Positions 1-10,954 are shown, counted from the first letter of the stretch. The stretch is 64,000 bases of DNA from Acholeplasmataceae bacterium (GCA_963667565.1 OY763415.1:1568001-1632000), one strand, 5' to 3'. Notes: generated by a model not told the origin, from the sequence alone. Numbers and translations: made by a program.

Positions 1-1021
1 TCAAATGTTACCTTATCCAGCAAGTGATGGTGCCGAACCATTCAAATCCAATGCTATTTCTTGGGTTTTAGATTTATATGAAGAAAAATTAAGAAAGAGT
101 CTCTATATTGCAGCAAACGCTACACCTGGTGGTAGTGGTGCTATCGCCGGTGTGTTTTCTATTTATGCCGAACCTGGGGATAAAGTGTTTATTTCTAATA
201 TAAGATGGCAATACGATCGATTTGCGCAAAGAGCACGTTTAAGTATTTTTGAACATAATACATTTATTAATGATCATTTTGACGTTAAAAGTTTTGAAAC
301 AGAGCTAGAAAAACTTTGCAAGGTTCAAAAACAAGTGATTGTCGTGATTAATGATCCTTGCCATAATCCAACTGGATATACACTTTCTATGGAAGAATGG
401 AAAGATATATTGGTTGCTATTAATAAATTTAAAGATAATAACATTGTTTTAATGTATGATTTAGCATACTTAGAATATTCAGATGAAAAAGATCCAAGAG
501 CTAAATTATCATATCTTGATGTTCTAGGATCACATGTGATTACGATTATGACATTTAGTGGATCAAAAACATTTGGAATTTATGGACTTAGAATGGGTGC
601 TGCAATTGCATTATCAAAAGATGAGTCTAAAATTAGACATTTCCAAAGAGCTTTTATTGATGAATCAAGAGGATCTTGGTCAGCAACACCGATGGTTGCA
701 ATTGAATTGTTAAATTATTTTTCTAAAAAAGAAAATCAAAAAGAATTTTTAGTTGATCTAGAAGAAATGCACAAACAAGTCAATGCGAGAAGTTCATTAT
801 TTAAAGAACAAGCAAAAGCTGCAGGTTTAAAAACACATCCATTTAGAAGTGGATTTTATACGATTGTTTTAGCGGATGATCCAGAAGCTGCATTTAAAAA
901 GTTATTGGATCAAGATATTTATACAATTCCTATGGCAGGTGGTATTAGAATTGCTTTATGTAGTTTACCACTGCATGAGATTGACGGTTTAGCGACTCGA
1001 ATCCAAAAAATATTAGGGTAA
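1..1021 (+). CDS. PLP-dependent class I/II aminotransferase (5' end probably outside the window)
   Basis: TPGGSGA, NDPCHNPTG, YDLAY and FSGSKTFGIYGLRMG (PLP-binding Lys) motifs; the frame is open from the window edge. Confidence 0.85.
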   Translation, partial: QMLPYPASDGAEPFKSNAISWVLDLYEEKLRKSLYIAANATPGGSGAIAGVFSIYAEPGDKVFISNIRWQYDRFAQRARLSIFEHNTFINDHFDVKSFETELEKLCKVQKQVIVVINDPCHNPTGYTLSMEEWKDILVAINKFKDNNIVLMYDLAYLEYSDEKDPRAKLSYLDVLGSHVITIMTFSGSKTFGIYGLRMGAAIALSKDESKIRHFQRAFIDESRGSWSATPMVAIELLNYFSKKENQKEFLVDLEEMHKQVNARSSLFKEQAKAAGLKTHPFRSGFYTIVLADDPEAAFKKLLDQDIYTIPMAGGIRIALCSLPLHEIDGLATRIQKILG

Positions 1022-1061
1022 TTGTGTGTTATAATAAAACCGTAGAAGGAGCGATAAACTT

Positions 1062-1805
1062 ATGATTTGGGGTATTCCTATTTGGAAATTTATAATTGAA
1101 TTTTATATCGTATTTATTTTAGTCTTATTTTTAATTAAAGTATTAACAAGTCATAAGAAATTTATGAGTTTGGGTATTGTCTACCTACTCTTGTTTATTG
1201 CTTATAAGATCCTACAGTACTTTGAAATTACATTAGCATCTGAACTTTTATTGTATGTAGTGACATGGTATCCACTTGTAACTGTAGTTATTATGGCTCC
1301 TGAAATAAGAAGATCTTTAGACCTTATTTGGAAAAAAGAAAGCAAAAATGAGTTTTTAGTGGGTAGTGATCAAACTAAAAAACATATTGTTGATGCTACA
1401 TTTGAATTAGCTAGTCACAAAATTGGTGCTCTTATAACGATTGAAAAGCATAATACGCTTGATCAATATGCAGAAAGAGCAATCATGATGAATAGTGATG
1501 TTTCAAGAGAAGTATTAACCAATATTTTTACACCACTTACACCACTCCATGATGGTGCTGTTATCATTAGAGGAGATAAAATCTTATGTGCAGGTGCTTA
1601 TTTCGTATTATCAGAAAATGAAAATTATGATAAAACGATGGGTTCTAGACATAGAGCGGGGTTGGGTATTAGTGAGGTCACTGATAGTTTAACCATTTTA
1701 GTTTCAGAAGAAACTGGTAATGTATCGATTGCTGTTGAAGGCATTTTATTAAAGATGAATGATCCTGAAAAGCTTTCTGAATATATTAACATGTTCTTAA
1801 AGTAG
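1062..1805 (+). CDS. cdaA: Membrane-bound diadenylate cyclase (c-di-AMP synthase)
   Basis: Three N-terminal TM segments, then a DAC domain with TPLHDGAV, GSRHRA and VSEETG; AAGGAG RBS. Confidence 0.93.
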   Translation: MIWGIPIWKFIIEFYIVFILVLFLIKVLTSHKKFMSLGIVYLLLFIAYKILQYFEITLASELLLYVVTWYPLVTVVIMAPEIRRSLDLIWKKESKNEFLVGSDQTKKHIVDATFELASHKIGALITIEKHNTLDQYAERAIMMNSDVSREVLTNIFTPLTPLHDGAVIIRGDKILCAGAYFVLSENENYDKTMGSRHRAGLGISEVTDSLTILVSEETGNVSIAVEGILLKMNDPEKLSEYINMFLK

Positions 1806-1817
1806 AGGTGATTTGAT

Positions 1818-1982
1818 ATGAAGAAAATATTATTAGGTATATTTGAACCATTTTATTATTTGTATCAAAGAAAGTTATCTGATAAAATCATCACATTTTT
1901 AAAAAGATTCCCGATAGTCCAATATGTACTTGCTGCACTTGTGACTGTAGGTATTTTATATTTAGTATTAGTAGGTTTTTAA
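1818..1982 (+). CDS. Small 54-aa membrane protein, absent from the ORF track (MKKILLGIFEPFYYLYQRKLSDKIITFLKRFPIVQYVLAALVTVGILYLVLVGF)
   Basis: GAGGTGA RBS before ATG 1818, TAA at 1980-1982. It fills the gap between cdaA and the next gene and has a C-terminal hydrophobic helix. Confidence 0.75.
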   Translation: MKKILLGIFEPFYYLYQRKLSDKIITFLKRFPIVQYVLAALVTVGILYLVLVGF

Positions 1983-1997
1983 TATAGAGGTGACTGT

Positions 1998-3575
1998 GTG
2001 TTACAACATCCGATTTATCCACTAATCATTTCAATATTCACACTTGTTCTTGTTGTGATGCAAAGCGTTCAAAACGAGAAAGTGCTTAAATTTCGAATGG
2101 TGATTGCTTTTTTTGATTTAGCAATGACCGTTTTTGTCTTTTCCGTTTATGAACAAATGATTCTAGGAAACGACTTATACGAAGAAATATATATGATCTT
2201 TAATTTTGTTGTTTATGGTATTTTCATGCTTGTCCTCTATGGTACATTTAGAACATCAATATTAAAAGCCAATCATTATCAACTCTTTGTTAAATCAATT
2301 AAAAATAGTCGTTGGAACGCATATTATGTTGTGGATAAGAGAGAAAGAATCAAAGATATTTCTTCAAGCCTACTCATTGAACTTAACATGGAAAAAGAAG
2401 ATGTGATTGGTAAGAAGCTATTTAATGTATTTAATCAATCTATTCGATTTACGAAATTTAACACGACAGAAATTAACAATAGACAGTTAGAAAATTATTT
2501 CTTAGAATATAAAAAACGTGCAAAAATAGGTGATGAAGAAATTCAAGAACTATCGTTTTTAAATAACGAAGGGGACCCAGTTATTTTGCATATGGTGATG
2601 CAACCTGTATTTGTCATGGGGAAATATAAGGGAAGAATTTGTGTTGGTGAAAAGAAAACAGATTTTGATCTACTTGCTGTTGAAAAAGAATTGAATCAAA
2701 GAAATTCTGAGCTTGAAAGTATTAGATATAAATTTATCGCAACACTCGACTTAAGCGAAGAAGGTCTGTTTTATATTGACCTAGATGATCGAAGCATTTG
2801 GGCAAGCGATCATTTAGTACAAACGCTACATTTACCTGGAAACACACTCGATTTAACTGATTTCAGAAGATTAATTGAACCAGAAGACTTAAAGAAGTAT
2901 TTGGCTTTATTGGGCGAATTAAGCATGAACAAAAGACAATATCAAATATCATATCGCATCATGGTTGAAGGCGCATATGTATGGTTTAAAGAAAAAGGTA
3001 TTAGGCTTTTTGATGACCAAAATTCTTCAACCATTATGGGCACATTGAAACCACAAAAAACAAAGCATTTCCAAGCATCAAACATTGATGAACTTGATTT
3101 ATTAAAAGACCATAATGACTTTATGGTTCATATGCATAAATTATTTAGAGAAGGTAAATATTTTCAATGTCTTATCTTTAGACTTAAAAACATGTCTGTA
3201 ATCAATGAGTCTTATGGACGAGAAGTTGGTAACATGCTGATGGCTGAATATATTAAAAAAATGAGAACAAATTTTGTTACAGAGAGTGGAGGTATCTTTA
3301 GAATCTCTGGTATAGAATTTGCAGTCTTATTAACAGACCCAAGAAAAATAGAAGTTCTTGAAAACGGAAACGCATCTAATCCTAAATTTTTAAATTTGGA
3401 AATGCAGTATGGATCAATTATGGCAGAGCTTGATGTATATGCTGGTATTGCAGTAGGTGGTAGTGATGCATCAGAAGAACATGCATTATACCAATGTGCT
3501 TTGCAAGCCGTCAAGGTTGCTGAAAATCCAAAGTATAGTGCGCAAGTTTGTTATTATAAAGATATTCAAGCATGA
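1998..3575 (+). CDS. Membrane PAS-PAS sensor with a degenerate GGDEF-like domain
   Basis: Three N-terminal TMs, PAS-like segments (EKEDVIGKK; IEPEDL...YVWFKEKG), and a GGDEF-fold tail (INESYGREVGN; RISGIEF instead of RxGGDEF). Confidence 0.7.
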   Translation: MLQHPIYPLIISIFTLVLVVMQSVQNEKVLKFRMVIAFFDLAMTVFVFSVYEQMILGNDLYEEIYMIFNFVVYGIFMLVLYGTFRTSILKANHYQLFVKSIKNSRWNAYYVVDKRERIKDISSSLLIELNMEKEDVIGKKLFNVFNQSIRFTKFNTTEINNRQLENYFLEYKKRAKIGDEEIQELSFLNNEGDPVILHMVMQPVFVMGKYKGRICVGEKKTDFDLLAVEKELNQRNSELESIRYKFIATLDLSEEGLFYIDLDDRSIWASDHLVQTLHLPGNTLDLTDFRRLIEPEDLKKYLALLGELSMNKRQYQISYRIMVEGAYVWFKEKGIRLFDDQNSSTIMGTLKPQKTKHFQASNIDELDLLKDHNDFMVHMHKLFREGKYFQCLIFRLKNMSVINESYGREVGNMLMAEYIKKMRTNFVTESGGIFRISGIEFAVLLTDPRKIEVLENGNASNPKFLNLEMQYGSIMAELDVYAGIAVGGSDASEEHALYQCALQAVKVAENPKYSAQVCYYKDIQA

Positions 3576-4096
3576 AACAATACATCAGAGAACAGATGCT
3601 TTTATTAAGAAAGCAATTGAATCAGGATTTGAAACTAAAGTATGATCAATTTATTATAAAAAAAATAAGAAATGATCAAGCATATAAAGAAGCACAAGTT
3701 GTAGGGATATATATGCCTATGAGATATGAAATAGATATTTTAGAATTACTTAAAGACCAAAAAACATTTGTGATTCCTAAAGTAGAAACAAACGATTTAA
3801 AGTTTTATAGATATGATCAACATGTTTTGTTAGCACCATCAACATTTGGTGTATTAGAACCAAAAGATAATAACTATCCATTTGATCAACAAATCGATTA
3901 TATGATTGTTCCTGCATTAGCCATATCAAAAGATATGTATCGTATCGGTTATGGTAAAGGCTTTTATGATCGTTATTTGATTAAAAATAGACCTAAAAAA
4001 GTGGTTGGTGTTGTATATCCATTTCAATATATTGAGTCATTTGAAGTTGATGCACACGATCAAGTATTAGATCAAATTTTTATAGGAGATTTATGA
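3572..4096 (+). CDS. 5-formyltetrahydrofolate cyclo-ligase
   Basis: FGVLEP, IVPALA, RIGYGKGFYDRYL and HDQVLD motifs. Confidence 0.92.
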   Translation: MKQYIREQMLLLRKQLNQDLKLKYDQFIIKKIRNDQAYKEAQVVGIYMPMRYEIDILELLKDQKTFVIPKVETNDLKFYRYDQHVLLAPSTFGVLEPKDNNYPFDQQIDYMIVPALAISKDMYRIGYGKGFYDRYLIKNRPKKVVGVVYPFQYIESFEVDAHDQVLDQIFIGDL

Positions 4097-5211
4097 ATAC
4101 TGCACTCATCGTAGCTGCTGGATCTGGAACGAGATCTGGTTTAAAAGAATCAAAAATATTATATAAAGTTTTGGATAAACCTATTTTTCTATACAGTGTA
4201 GAAACTTTTTTAGCACTAGGATTTGAGATTGTGTTGGTCGTTGCAAAAGAAAATATGAATGAAGTCAAATCTTATGTAGATGATCATGTTAAAGTTGTCA
4301 TGGGTGGAAAGACACGATCCGAAAGTGTTGCGTTAGGATTAAAGGTCGTTGAAACACCTTATGTGTTTATCCATGATGCAGCAAGACCAATGATTGACAA
4401 AGAAAATATTATGGCATTATCTAAAGCGCTCGAGCTAAAAGATGCTGCATGTTTATTTGAAAAAGTAACGCAGGCACTTAAGTTTTATGATGGTAAGACA
4501 TTAGAGACAAAAGATAGAGAAAAACACTTATTAGCACAAACACCACAGGCATTTTTAACTGAGAAAATAAGATTTGCAACACATAGAAATGAAATGTCAT
4601 TCGATGACGATATATCGCTTTATCAAAGCTATTATCCAGATGATGAAATTGGGGTGATTATGAATAATCAGCCTAATATGAAATTAACATATAAAGAAGA
4701 TTTTAATTATTTTAAATCAAACGTAGAAGGTAATGATATGCGCATAGGACATAGTTTTGATCTTCATCAACTTGTTGAAGGTAGAAAACTGATACTTGGT
4801 GGTATTGAAATTCCATATGAAAAAGGATTATTAGGGCATAGTGATGCAGATGTATTGCTTCATGCAATCTCTGAAGCTTTGCTTGGTGCACTTGCTTTAG
4901 GTGATTTAGGTTCTCATTTCCCTGATACAGATCAAGCATATAAAGATATCGATTCAAAAGTGATTTTGACAAAAGTGTATGAGATGGTAAAAGAACAAGG
5001 ATATGACATCGTAAATATAGATACTATGGTATATGCTGAAAAACCTAAGCTTAATCCATATATAGATCAAATAAGAAATCAAATTGCTTCCTTACTTAAC
5101 ATTAAATTAAATCAAGTGAGTGTTAAAGCAACCACATATGAAAAACTAGATGCTATTGGCCAAGGTTTAGCCATCGCTTCAGAAGCAACTATATTATTAA
5201 AGAAGGTATAA
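4093..5211 (+). CDS. ispDF: Bifunctional IspD/IspF (MEP pathway)
   Basis: IspD half: AAGSGTR, IHDAARP, AQTPQAF. IspF half: MRIGHSFDLH, GHSDADV, VSVKATT. Confidence 0.93.
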   Translation: MNTALIVAAGSGTRSGLKESKILYKVLDKPIFLYSVETFLALGFEIVLVVAKENMNEVKSYVDDHVKVVMGGKTRSESVALGLKVVETPYVFIHDAARPMIDKENIMALSKALELKDAACLFEKVTQALKFYDGKTLETKDREKHLLAQTPQAFLTEKIRFATHRNEMSFDDDISLYQSYYPDDEIGVIMNNQPNMKLTYKEDFNYFKSNVEGNDMRIGHSFDLHQLVEGRKLILGGIEIPYEKGLLGHSDADVLLHAISEALLGALALGDLGSHFPDTDQAYKDIDSKVILTKVYEMVKEQGYDIVNIDTMVYAEKPKLNPYIDQIRNQIASLLNIKLNQVSVKATTYEKLDAIGQGLAIASEATILLKKV

Positions 5212-5212
5212 A

Positions 5213-5482
5213 ATGATTATAGAGACAGAATTTGGAAAATTTGAATTAATAAAAGATTATAGAGAAGCATTTGACTTGGTAAAATTCCAAGAGCGTTATG
5301 TAGATGTAGCGTTTGATAAATATACTTATATCGTTGGCGACATGTCTTCAGAAATGCTTAGACTTAAAGGATTTAGTACAGATGCTAAAAGTAAAACAGG
5401 GTTTAAACGTATTCCTGATTATCTAAATGAATCTTGTAGTTTTAATTGTGCATATTTTATTTTAAAAAGAATCAAAGAATAA
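5213..5482 (+). CDS. YutD/DUF1027-family protein
   Basis: KYTYIVGD, LRLKGF and DYLNESCSFNCAYF pattern. Confidence 0.8.
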   Translation: MIIETEFGKFELIKDYREAFDLVKFQERYVDVAFDKYTYIVGDMSSEMLRLKGFSTDAKSKTGFKRIPDYLNESCSFNCAYFILKRIKE

Positions 5483-5561
5483 TTGTGTGAAAAAAATTAA
5501 ATAAATTGCAAGAAGTTTTCTTTTGATATATACTATATGTGCATAAAGGATGGTGATTACA

Positions 5562-5792
5562 ATGGATGAAACAAGAGCTCAAGTTGAGAGTTTAATCACA
5601 AAAGTCAGACCATATCTTCAAAGAGACGGTGGAGACATCGAAGTCGTTAGTGTTGAAGATGGTATTGTCTATGTCAAAATGTTTGGAGCGTGCGATGGAT
5701 GTGTCGCATTAGATGTTACATTAAAACAAGGGATAGAAACCATGTTGCTCGAAAATGTACCTGGAGTCATTGCCGTAGTAACTGTTGATTGA
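5562..5792 (+). CDS. NifU-like Fe-S carrier
   Basis: VRPYLQRDGGD and GACDGC motifs; alternative start at 5550. Confidence 0.88.
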   Translation: MDETRAQVESLITKVRPYLQRDGGDIEVVSVEDGIVYVKMFGACDGCVALDVTLKQGIETMLLENVPGVIAVVTVD

Positions 5793-5801
5793 TATATTTT
5801 G

Positions 5802-5824
5802 GGGCGATGTATAGTCGCCTTTTT
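5802..5824 (+). terminator. Intrinsic terminator after the NifU gene
   Basis: GGCGA-TGTATAG-TCGCC followed by a T-run. Confidence 0.6.
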
Positions 5825-5840
5825 GTTAGGAGAAATGTAT

Positions 5841-6689
5841 ATGAGTAGTAGAAAAGTAGGCGTTGTTGTAGATTCAACATTTAGATTGGATGACCAATAT
5901 GTTAAAGAAAACAATATTGGTGTTGCTAGTTTAAAAGTGATGATTGGAGATGCAGAATATGTCGATGGTGCTTTTGATCCAGAGTTGGTCGTTAAAGCAT
6001 TGCATGAGCATATTAAAGTTAAAACAAGTCAGCCATCACCAGATTTATTTATTGAAGCGTATAAGAAGCAGTTAGAAACATATGATGAAGTCGTATGTTT
6101 AACCATCTCTAAATCACTAAGTGGTACATTTAATAGTGCCAATTTAGCACAAACGATTTTAGATGATGAACGTGTGATTGTCATTGATACAGAATCAGCC
6201 ATCAGCGGATCCCTTTACTTAACAGAAAAACTTATTGAGTTTTTAAATGAAGGCAAAAGCGCAAGAGAAGCAAGTGTCTATATTGAAACATTAAAATCAC
6301 AAGGTTCTGTTATTTTTACTGTGGACAATTTACAAACACTTCATGACAATGGAAGACTTAGTCGATTACAAGCAGCGATTGGTAACATCTTAAAGATTAA
6401 ACCTATTTTAAGATTTAGAAGAGGTGTACTTGAAGTTGAACAAAAAGTTAGAGGATTTAGCAAAGCAGCTAAGTATTTAATTGATGAAGTCAAAAACATG
6501 ATTGATTTAGGTAAAAAAGCCATTGTTAGAATTGCATTTGTAGATAAGAGTGTAGAAGCAAAAGAATTAGAGTTAGAATTGTTTCAATTAGGCGATCAAG
6601 TTGATGTAAAAATCACAGGATATATATCACCTGTTGTCTCTGCTCATGTTGGGCTTGGTGGACTTGGTATATATTTAGCATTTGAATAA
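5841..6689 (+). CDS. DegV-family fatty-acid-binding protein
   Basis: VVVDST, KTSQPS, SKSLSGT, GRLS, LKIKPIL and SAHVG motifs. Start moved from 5799 to the ATG after AGGAG. Confidence 0.92.
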   Translation: MSSRKVGVVVDSTFRLDDQYVKENNIGVASLKVMIGDAEYVDGAFDPELVVKALHEHIKVKTSQPSPDLFIEAYKKQLETYDEVVCLTISKSLSGTFNSANLAQTILDDERVIVIDTESAISGSLYLTEKLIEFLNEGKSAREASVYIETLKSQGSVIFTVDNLQTLHDNGRLSRLQAAIGNILKIKPILRFRRGVLEVEQKVRGFSKAAKYLIDEVKNMIDLGKKAIVRIAFVDKSVEAKELELELFQLGDQVDVKITGYISPVVSAHVGLGGLGIYLAFE

Positions 6690-6700
6690 AAAGATAGCAT

Positions 6701-6730
6701 AAAACCCCTCATTTTGAGGGTTTTTATTTT
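6701..6730 (+). terminator. Intrinsic terminator
   Basis: AAAACCCCTC-ATTTT-GAGGGTTTTT hairpin with T tail. Confidence 0.75.
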
Positions 6731-6815
6731 AATAAATAAAGTGGATACGATTTCAACCAGTAAACCTTTTAATTTCCTTATTTATTTGTGATATAATCTA
6801 TACGAGGTAATAAAT

Positions 6816-7139
6816 ATGAAAGTTAATGACCAAATCGTATGCAAAATCACAGGGTTGCAACCCTATGGTGTATTTGTATCTTATGAGGATTACGTTGGTT
6901 TAATTCATATTTCTGAAGTATCTGATCAATATGTCCAATCGCTTGATGACATCATGTGTGTTGGAGATGAAATTGAAGCAACCGTTCTAGAAATAGATGA
7001 AGAACAAAGACGTTTGAAGTTGAGTTACAAGCAATCTAATCCCGTCCATCCAAAAATTCAAAAGATGGTTAAAATTCAAATTGGATTTCACTCTCTATCA
7101 AAAGCATTACCTTTTTGGGTAGAGAAATCAAAAAAATAA
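6816..7139 (+). CDS. S1-domain RNA-binding protein (YugI/CvfD-like)
   Basis: [20 protein letters not shown] and LKLSYK motifs; immediately upstream of pgi. Confidence 0.85.
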   Translation: MKVNDQIVCKITGLQPYGVFVSYEDYVGLIHISEVSDQYVQSLDDIMCVGDEIEATVLEIDEEQRRLKLSYKQSNPVHPKIQKMVKIQIGFHSLSKALPFWVEKSKK

Positions 7140-7152
7140 GAGGTGTAGAGAA

Positions 7153-8460
7153 ATGGCACATATCAAATTAGTGTTAGATGACGCACGTCCTTTTTTAGAC
7201 GCGCAACCAGAATCAATTCAAGAGAAAGTTAATGAAGTTCACAACATGATCCACAATAAGTCTGGATTAGGGAACGATTTTTTAGGATGGTTAGATTTAC
7301 CATTCGATTATGACAAAGATGAATATCAAAGAGTTTTAAAAGCTGCTGATAAGATTAGAAAACAAAGTCAAGTGTTAGTTGTTATCGGTATTGGTGGATC
7401 TTATTTAGGTGCTAAAGCAGGGATTGAATTTTTAAAACAACCATTTGCTAAAGAAGATTTTGAAATTGTATTTGCAGGACATCAAATGTCGGGCAGTTAT
7501 TTAAATCATTTAGTCAATTATTTAGATGATAAATCATTTAGCATCAATGTGATTTCTAAATCAGGTACAACCACTGAACCAGCGATTGCATTTAGAGTCT
7601 TAAAAGATTTACTTGAAGCTAAAGTTGGAAAAGAAGAAGCAAAAGAACGTATTTATGCAACAACAGATAAAGCAAGAGGGGCATTATATACTGTCGCTAA
7701 AGAAAGCGGATATGAAATGTTTGTGATTCCTGATGATGTTGGTGGACGCTTTAGTGTATTAACACCTGTTGGATTATTACCACTTGCTGTCTATGGCGCA
7801 TCTACTGATATGATGTTAAAAGGTGCTCAAGATGCACACAAGCGTTTTAGCAATCCAAACTTAAGCGATAATGAAGCATATCTTTATGCAGCAACACGCT
7901 ATATGTTATATCATTTAAAAGGAAAAAAAGTAGAAATGCTTGTTGGTTATGAACCAAGATTATTATTCTTAAATGAATGGTGGAAACAATTATTTGGAGA
8001 ATCAGAAGGTAAAGAAAATAAAGGTATTTTCGTTGCCAGCGCTGGTTTTTCAACTGACCTTCACTCTCTTGGTCAATATATTCAAGAAGGCGAAAGACAT
8101 TTATTTGAAACAGTGGTTAAAGTTGGATCTCTAGAAAGTGATACAATCATCCCAACAGATGAAAAAGACTTAGACCAATTAAACTATATTTCTGGTAAAA
8201 AACTTTCTTATGTAAATGATCAAGCATTAAAAGGAACGATGATGGCTCACAAAGACGGAAATGTTCCTAATATGTTATTAGAAATACCAACACTTGATAG
8301 TTACACATTTGGTTATCTCGTTTATTTCTTTGAAAAAGCTTGTGCAATGTCAGCTTATTTATTAGAAGTAAACCCATTTAATCAACCCGGTGTTGAAGCA
8401 TATAAGAAAAATATGTTTGCGTTATTGGGCAAAAAAGGATACGAAAACATTTTAAAGTAG
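7153..8460 (+). CDS. pgi: Glucose-6-phosphate isomerase
   Basis: [32 protein letters not shown] and [11 protein letters not shown] motifs. Confidence 0.97.
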   Translation: MAHIKLVLDDARPFLDAQPESIQEKVNEVHNMIHNKSGLGNDFLGWLDLPFDYDKDEYQRVLKAADKIRKQSQVLVVIGIGGSYLGAKAGIEFLKQPFAKEDFEIVFAGHQMSGSYLNHLVNYLDDKSFSINVISKSGTTTEPAIAFRVLKDLLEAKVGKEEAKERIYATTDKARGALYTVAKESGYEMFVIPDDVGGRFSVLTPVGLLPLAVYGASTDMMLKGAQDAHKRFSNPNLSDNEAYLYAATRYMLYHLKGKKVEMLVGYEPRLLFLNEWWKQLFGESEGKENKGIFVASAGFSTDLHSLGQYIQEGERHLFETVVKVGSLESDTIIPTDEKDLDQLNYISGKKLSYVNDQALKGTMMAHKDGNVPNMLLEIPTLDSYTFGYLVYFFEKACAMSAYLLEVNPFNQPGVEAYKKNMFALLGKKGYENILK

Positions 8461-8468
8461 GAATTTAG

Positions 8469-8927
8469 ATGAAGATAAAAGTAACACATTCTGTTGAAGA
8501 GACTAAATATTTGGGTTATGAACTAGGCTTATTGTTAAAAGATGTAGCGCATATCGTTATTTTATTAGATGGCGAATTAGGTGCAGGAAAAACCACATTC
8601 ACACAAGGTTTAGCAGATGGCTTAGGCATTAAACAAATCGTTAACTCTCCAACGTTCACAATTATGAAAAAATACACAACACCAGATAGATTAAGATATT
8701 TATATCATCTTGATCTTTATCGCTTGCAAGAAGCAGGCAGTGATTTTGATTTAGAAGAATATATTGATGGACAAGGCATGATCGTCATTGAATGGCCTTT
8801 CCAAGTGAAAGAATTTATGCCAACTGACTATATTGGTGTACAAATTAAAAAAGTGGATGATGATACAAGAGAGTTTACACTTGAATGTTTTGGATATCCA
8901 TGTAAGAGAGCGATTCAAGCGATATGA
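8469..8927 (+). CDS. tsaE: t6A biosynthesis ATPase TsaE
   Basis: GELGAGKTT, SPTF, HLDLYR and IEW motifs. Confidence 0.95.
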   Translation: MKIKVTHSVEETKYLGYELGLLLKDVAHIVILLDGELGAGKTTFTQGLADGLGIKQIVNSPTFTIMKKYTTPDRLRYLYHLDLYRLQEAGSDFDLEEYIDGQGMIVIEWPFQVKEFMPTDYIGVQIKKVDDDTREFTLECFGYPCKRAIQAI

Positions 8928-9523
8928 AAACACTGATTTTTGATGTATCCACTCAAGTGATGTATGTTGGTTATGCAAAAGATGACCAACTCATTGATTT
9001 TAGCATTAGAATATCGATAAGAGACCATGCAAAATATTTAGTTGATCGTATTGATCAAGTGATTAAAAGAAACAAATTAACACTAGATGATATTGATCAA
9101 ATCATTGTTGGTTCTGGTCCTGGATCTTATACAGGACTTAGAGTTGCAGTGATGGTTGCTAAAATGATTGGTTTTACTAAAGAAATACCTGTTAAAACTG
9201 TCAGTAGTTTATTCTTTATGACCAGTGGTTATAAAGGAAAAGTTGCCGCATTAATTGATGCAAGACGTGGGTATGTTTTTTCTGCTATTTATGAAGATGG
9301 CAAAGTGCTTTTAGAAGATGGATATAGAGATTTAAAAGAACTTCAAACTACAGATATGTACAAACAAGCAAGAACAATCTTCATTGATGATAGAACCTAT
9401 GAAGTCGATATTAAACGTATATTGGAACATGCAACATTAGTAGAACATATTCATGATTTAATTCCAACATATCTTAGAAAAACAGAAGCGGAACACAATT
9501 ATGATAAGACACGCAAAAATTGA
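8924..9523 (+). CDS. tsaB: t6A biosynthesis subunit TsaB
   Basis: GPGSYTGLR and IDARR motifs; tsaE-tsaB-rimI-tsaD context. Confidence 0.93.
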   Translation: MKTLIFDVSTQVMYVGYAKDDQLIDFSIRISIRDHAKYLVDRIDQVIKRNKLTLDDIDQIIVGSGPGSYTGLRVAVMVAKMIGFTKEIPVKTVSSLFFMTSGYKGKVAALIDARRGYVFSAIYEDGKVLLEDGYRDLKELQTTDMYKQARTIFIDDRTYEVDIKRILEHATLVEHIHDLIPTYLRKTEAEHNYDKTRKN

Positions 9524-9935
9524 GGATATTGCCGCTATTGTTAATATAGAGAAAAAAGTGTTTAGAGAAACACTTGGTGATCGATTTTTATATCAAGAGA
9601 TAAAAGAAAATCCATTCGCTCAATATTTTGTCTATGAAATGGGACATGAAGTCATTGGTTACATTGGTTATAGATATGATCAATCTTTTTGTGAAATGAT
9701 GAATTTTTGTATCATACCAACACATCAAAACGAAGGTTATGGTAAAGAACTTTTGGAAGTGTCGATGTTAGAAATGATAAACCTTGGCGCAAAAACGTTT
9801 ACGTTAGAAGTTAGAAACAGTAATTTAGTAGCCCAACACGTCTACGAACGTATGGGATTTAAGAAATCGCATATTAGAAAAAACTATTATCAAAATGAAG
9901 ATGCGATTGTCTATATAAAGGAAGTGCAAGCATGA
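9501..9935 (+). CDS. rimI: Ribosomal protein alanine N-acetyltransferase
   Basis: GNAT features (QNEGYG, LEVRNSN, RKNYY, EDAI) and operon context. Confidence 0.88.
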   Translation: MIRHAKIEDIAAIVNIEKKVFRETLGDRFLYQEIKENPFAQYFVYEMGHEVIGYIGYRYDQSFCEMMNFCIIPTHQNEGYGKELLEVSMLEMINLGAKTFTLEVRNSNLVAQHVYERMGFKKSHIRKNYYQNEDAIVYIKEVQA

Positions 9936-10939
9936 GAATTTTAGCAGTTGAATCAAGCTGTGATGAAACAAGTGTAGCGATTGTAGAAGATGGCAAAAAC
10001 GTCATTTCTCACGTTGTTTTATCACAAATAGATATTCATAAAATATATGGTGGTGTCGTTCCTGAAATTGCATCACGTAATCATATTGTCCATATGACTA
10101 GAGTTTTTGAACAAGCATTAAAAGAAGCAAACATGATGGCAAAAGATATAGATCTGGTTGCAGTCACTAAAGGTCCTGGACTTATTGGATCATTACTTGT
10201 TGGTATTAATGCAGCAACAACATTTGCGTTTGCTAATCAACTTCCAATCATCGGTGTTAACCATTTGATTGGGCATATTTATGCAGCAAATATTGAACAC
10301 GAAATAAAATTTCCAGCATTGATCTTACTCATCAGTGGTGGACATACAGAACTTTTATATTTAAAAGACCATATGGATATTAAAATGCTTGGAACAACCT
10401 TAGATGATGCTGTTGGTGAAGCATATGATAAAGTCGCAAGAACTTTAGGTCTTCCATATCCTGGTGGACCAGTCATTGATAAGCTATCAGTTGAAGGTAT
10501 GCCTACATATCAACTCCCAAGACCGCTCATTGATGATGAATCATTAAATTTTAGTTTTTCAGGTTTAAAAAGTGCAGTTATTAATTTAGTTCACAATGAA
10601 GAACAAAGAGGTAATGAAATTAATCAAGCAAATATGTGTGCATCATTTCAAAATGCAGTCATTGATGTTTTAATTACCAAAACTAAAAAAGCTGCAGAAA
10701 AACTTCAAGTCAATCAAATTATCGTCGCTGGTGGTGTAGCAGCCAATAAAGGCTTAAGAAAGCGCATATTCGATGAAATTAAAGATATAGAAATCATTAT
10801 TCCATCGATGAAATATTGCACGGATAATGCAGCCATGATTGGTGCGGCTGCATATCAACAATATCTTATAGAAGGTGCTAAAAAATCATATTTAATTGGC
10901 GGAGAATCAACCATTCCATTTGATTTATATGAAATTTAA
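9932..10939 (+). CDS. tsaD: t6A synthase TsaD
   Basis: [36 protein letters not shown] and CTDNAAMI motifs. Confidence 0.97.
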   Translation: MRILAVESSCDETSVAIVEDGKNVISHVVLSQIDIHKIYGGVVPEIASRNHIVHMTRVFEQALKEANMMAKDIDLVAVTKGPGLIGSLLVGINAATTFAFANQLPIIGVNHLIGHIYAANIEHEIKFPALILLISGGHTELLYLKDHMDIKMLGTTLDDAVGEAYDKVARTLGLPYPGGPVIDKLSVEGMPTYQLPRPLIDDESLNFSFSGLKSAVINLVHNEEQRGNEINQANMCASFQNAVIDVLITKTKKAAEKLQVNQIIVAGGVAANKGLRKRIFDEIKDIEIIIPSMKYCTDNAAMIGAAAYQQYLIEGAKKSYLIGGESTIPFDLYEI

Positions 10940-10954
10940 TAAAAATGAAAAAAC

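Noticed and set aside
5799..5840. Longer N-termini given by the ORF track (DegV 5799; likewise SRAP 18884, OsmC 36380, lgt 44590, uxuA 61483)
   Set aside because: They overlap terminators, promoters or upstream genes. Downstream ATGs have proper RBSs and match the family N-termini.
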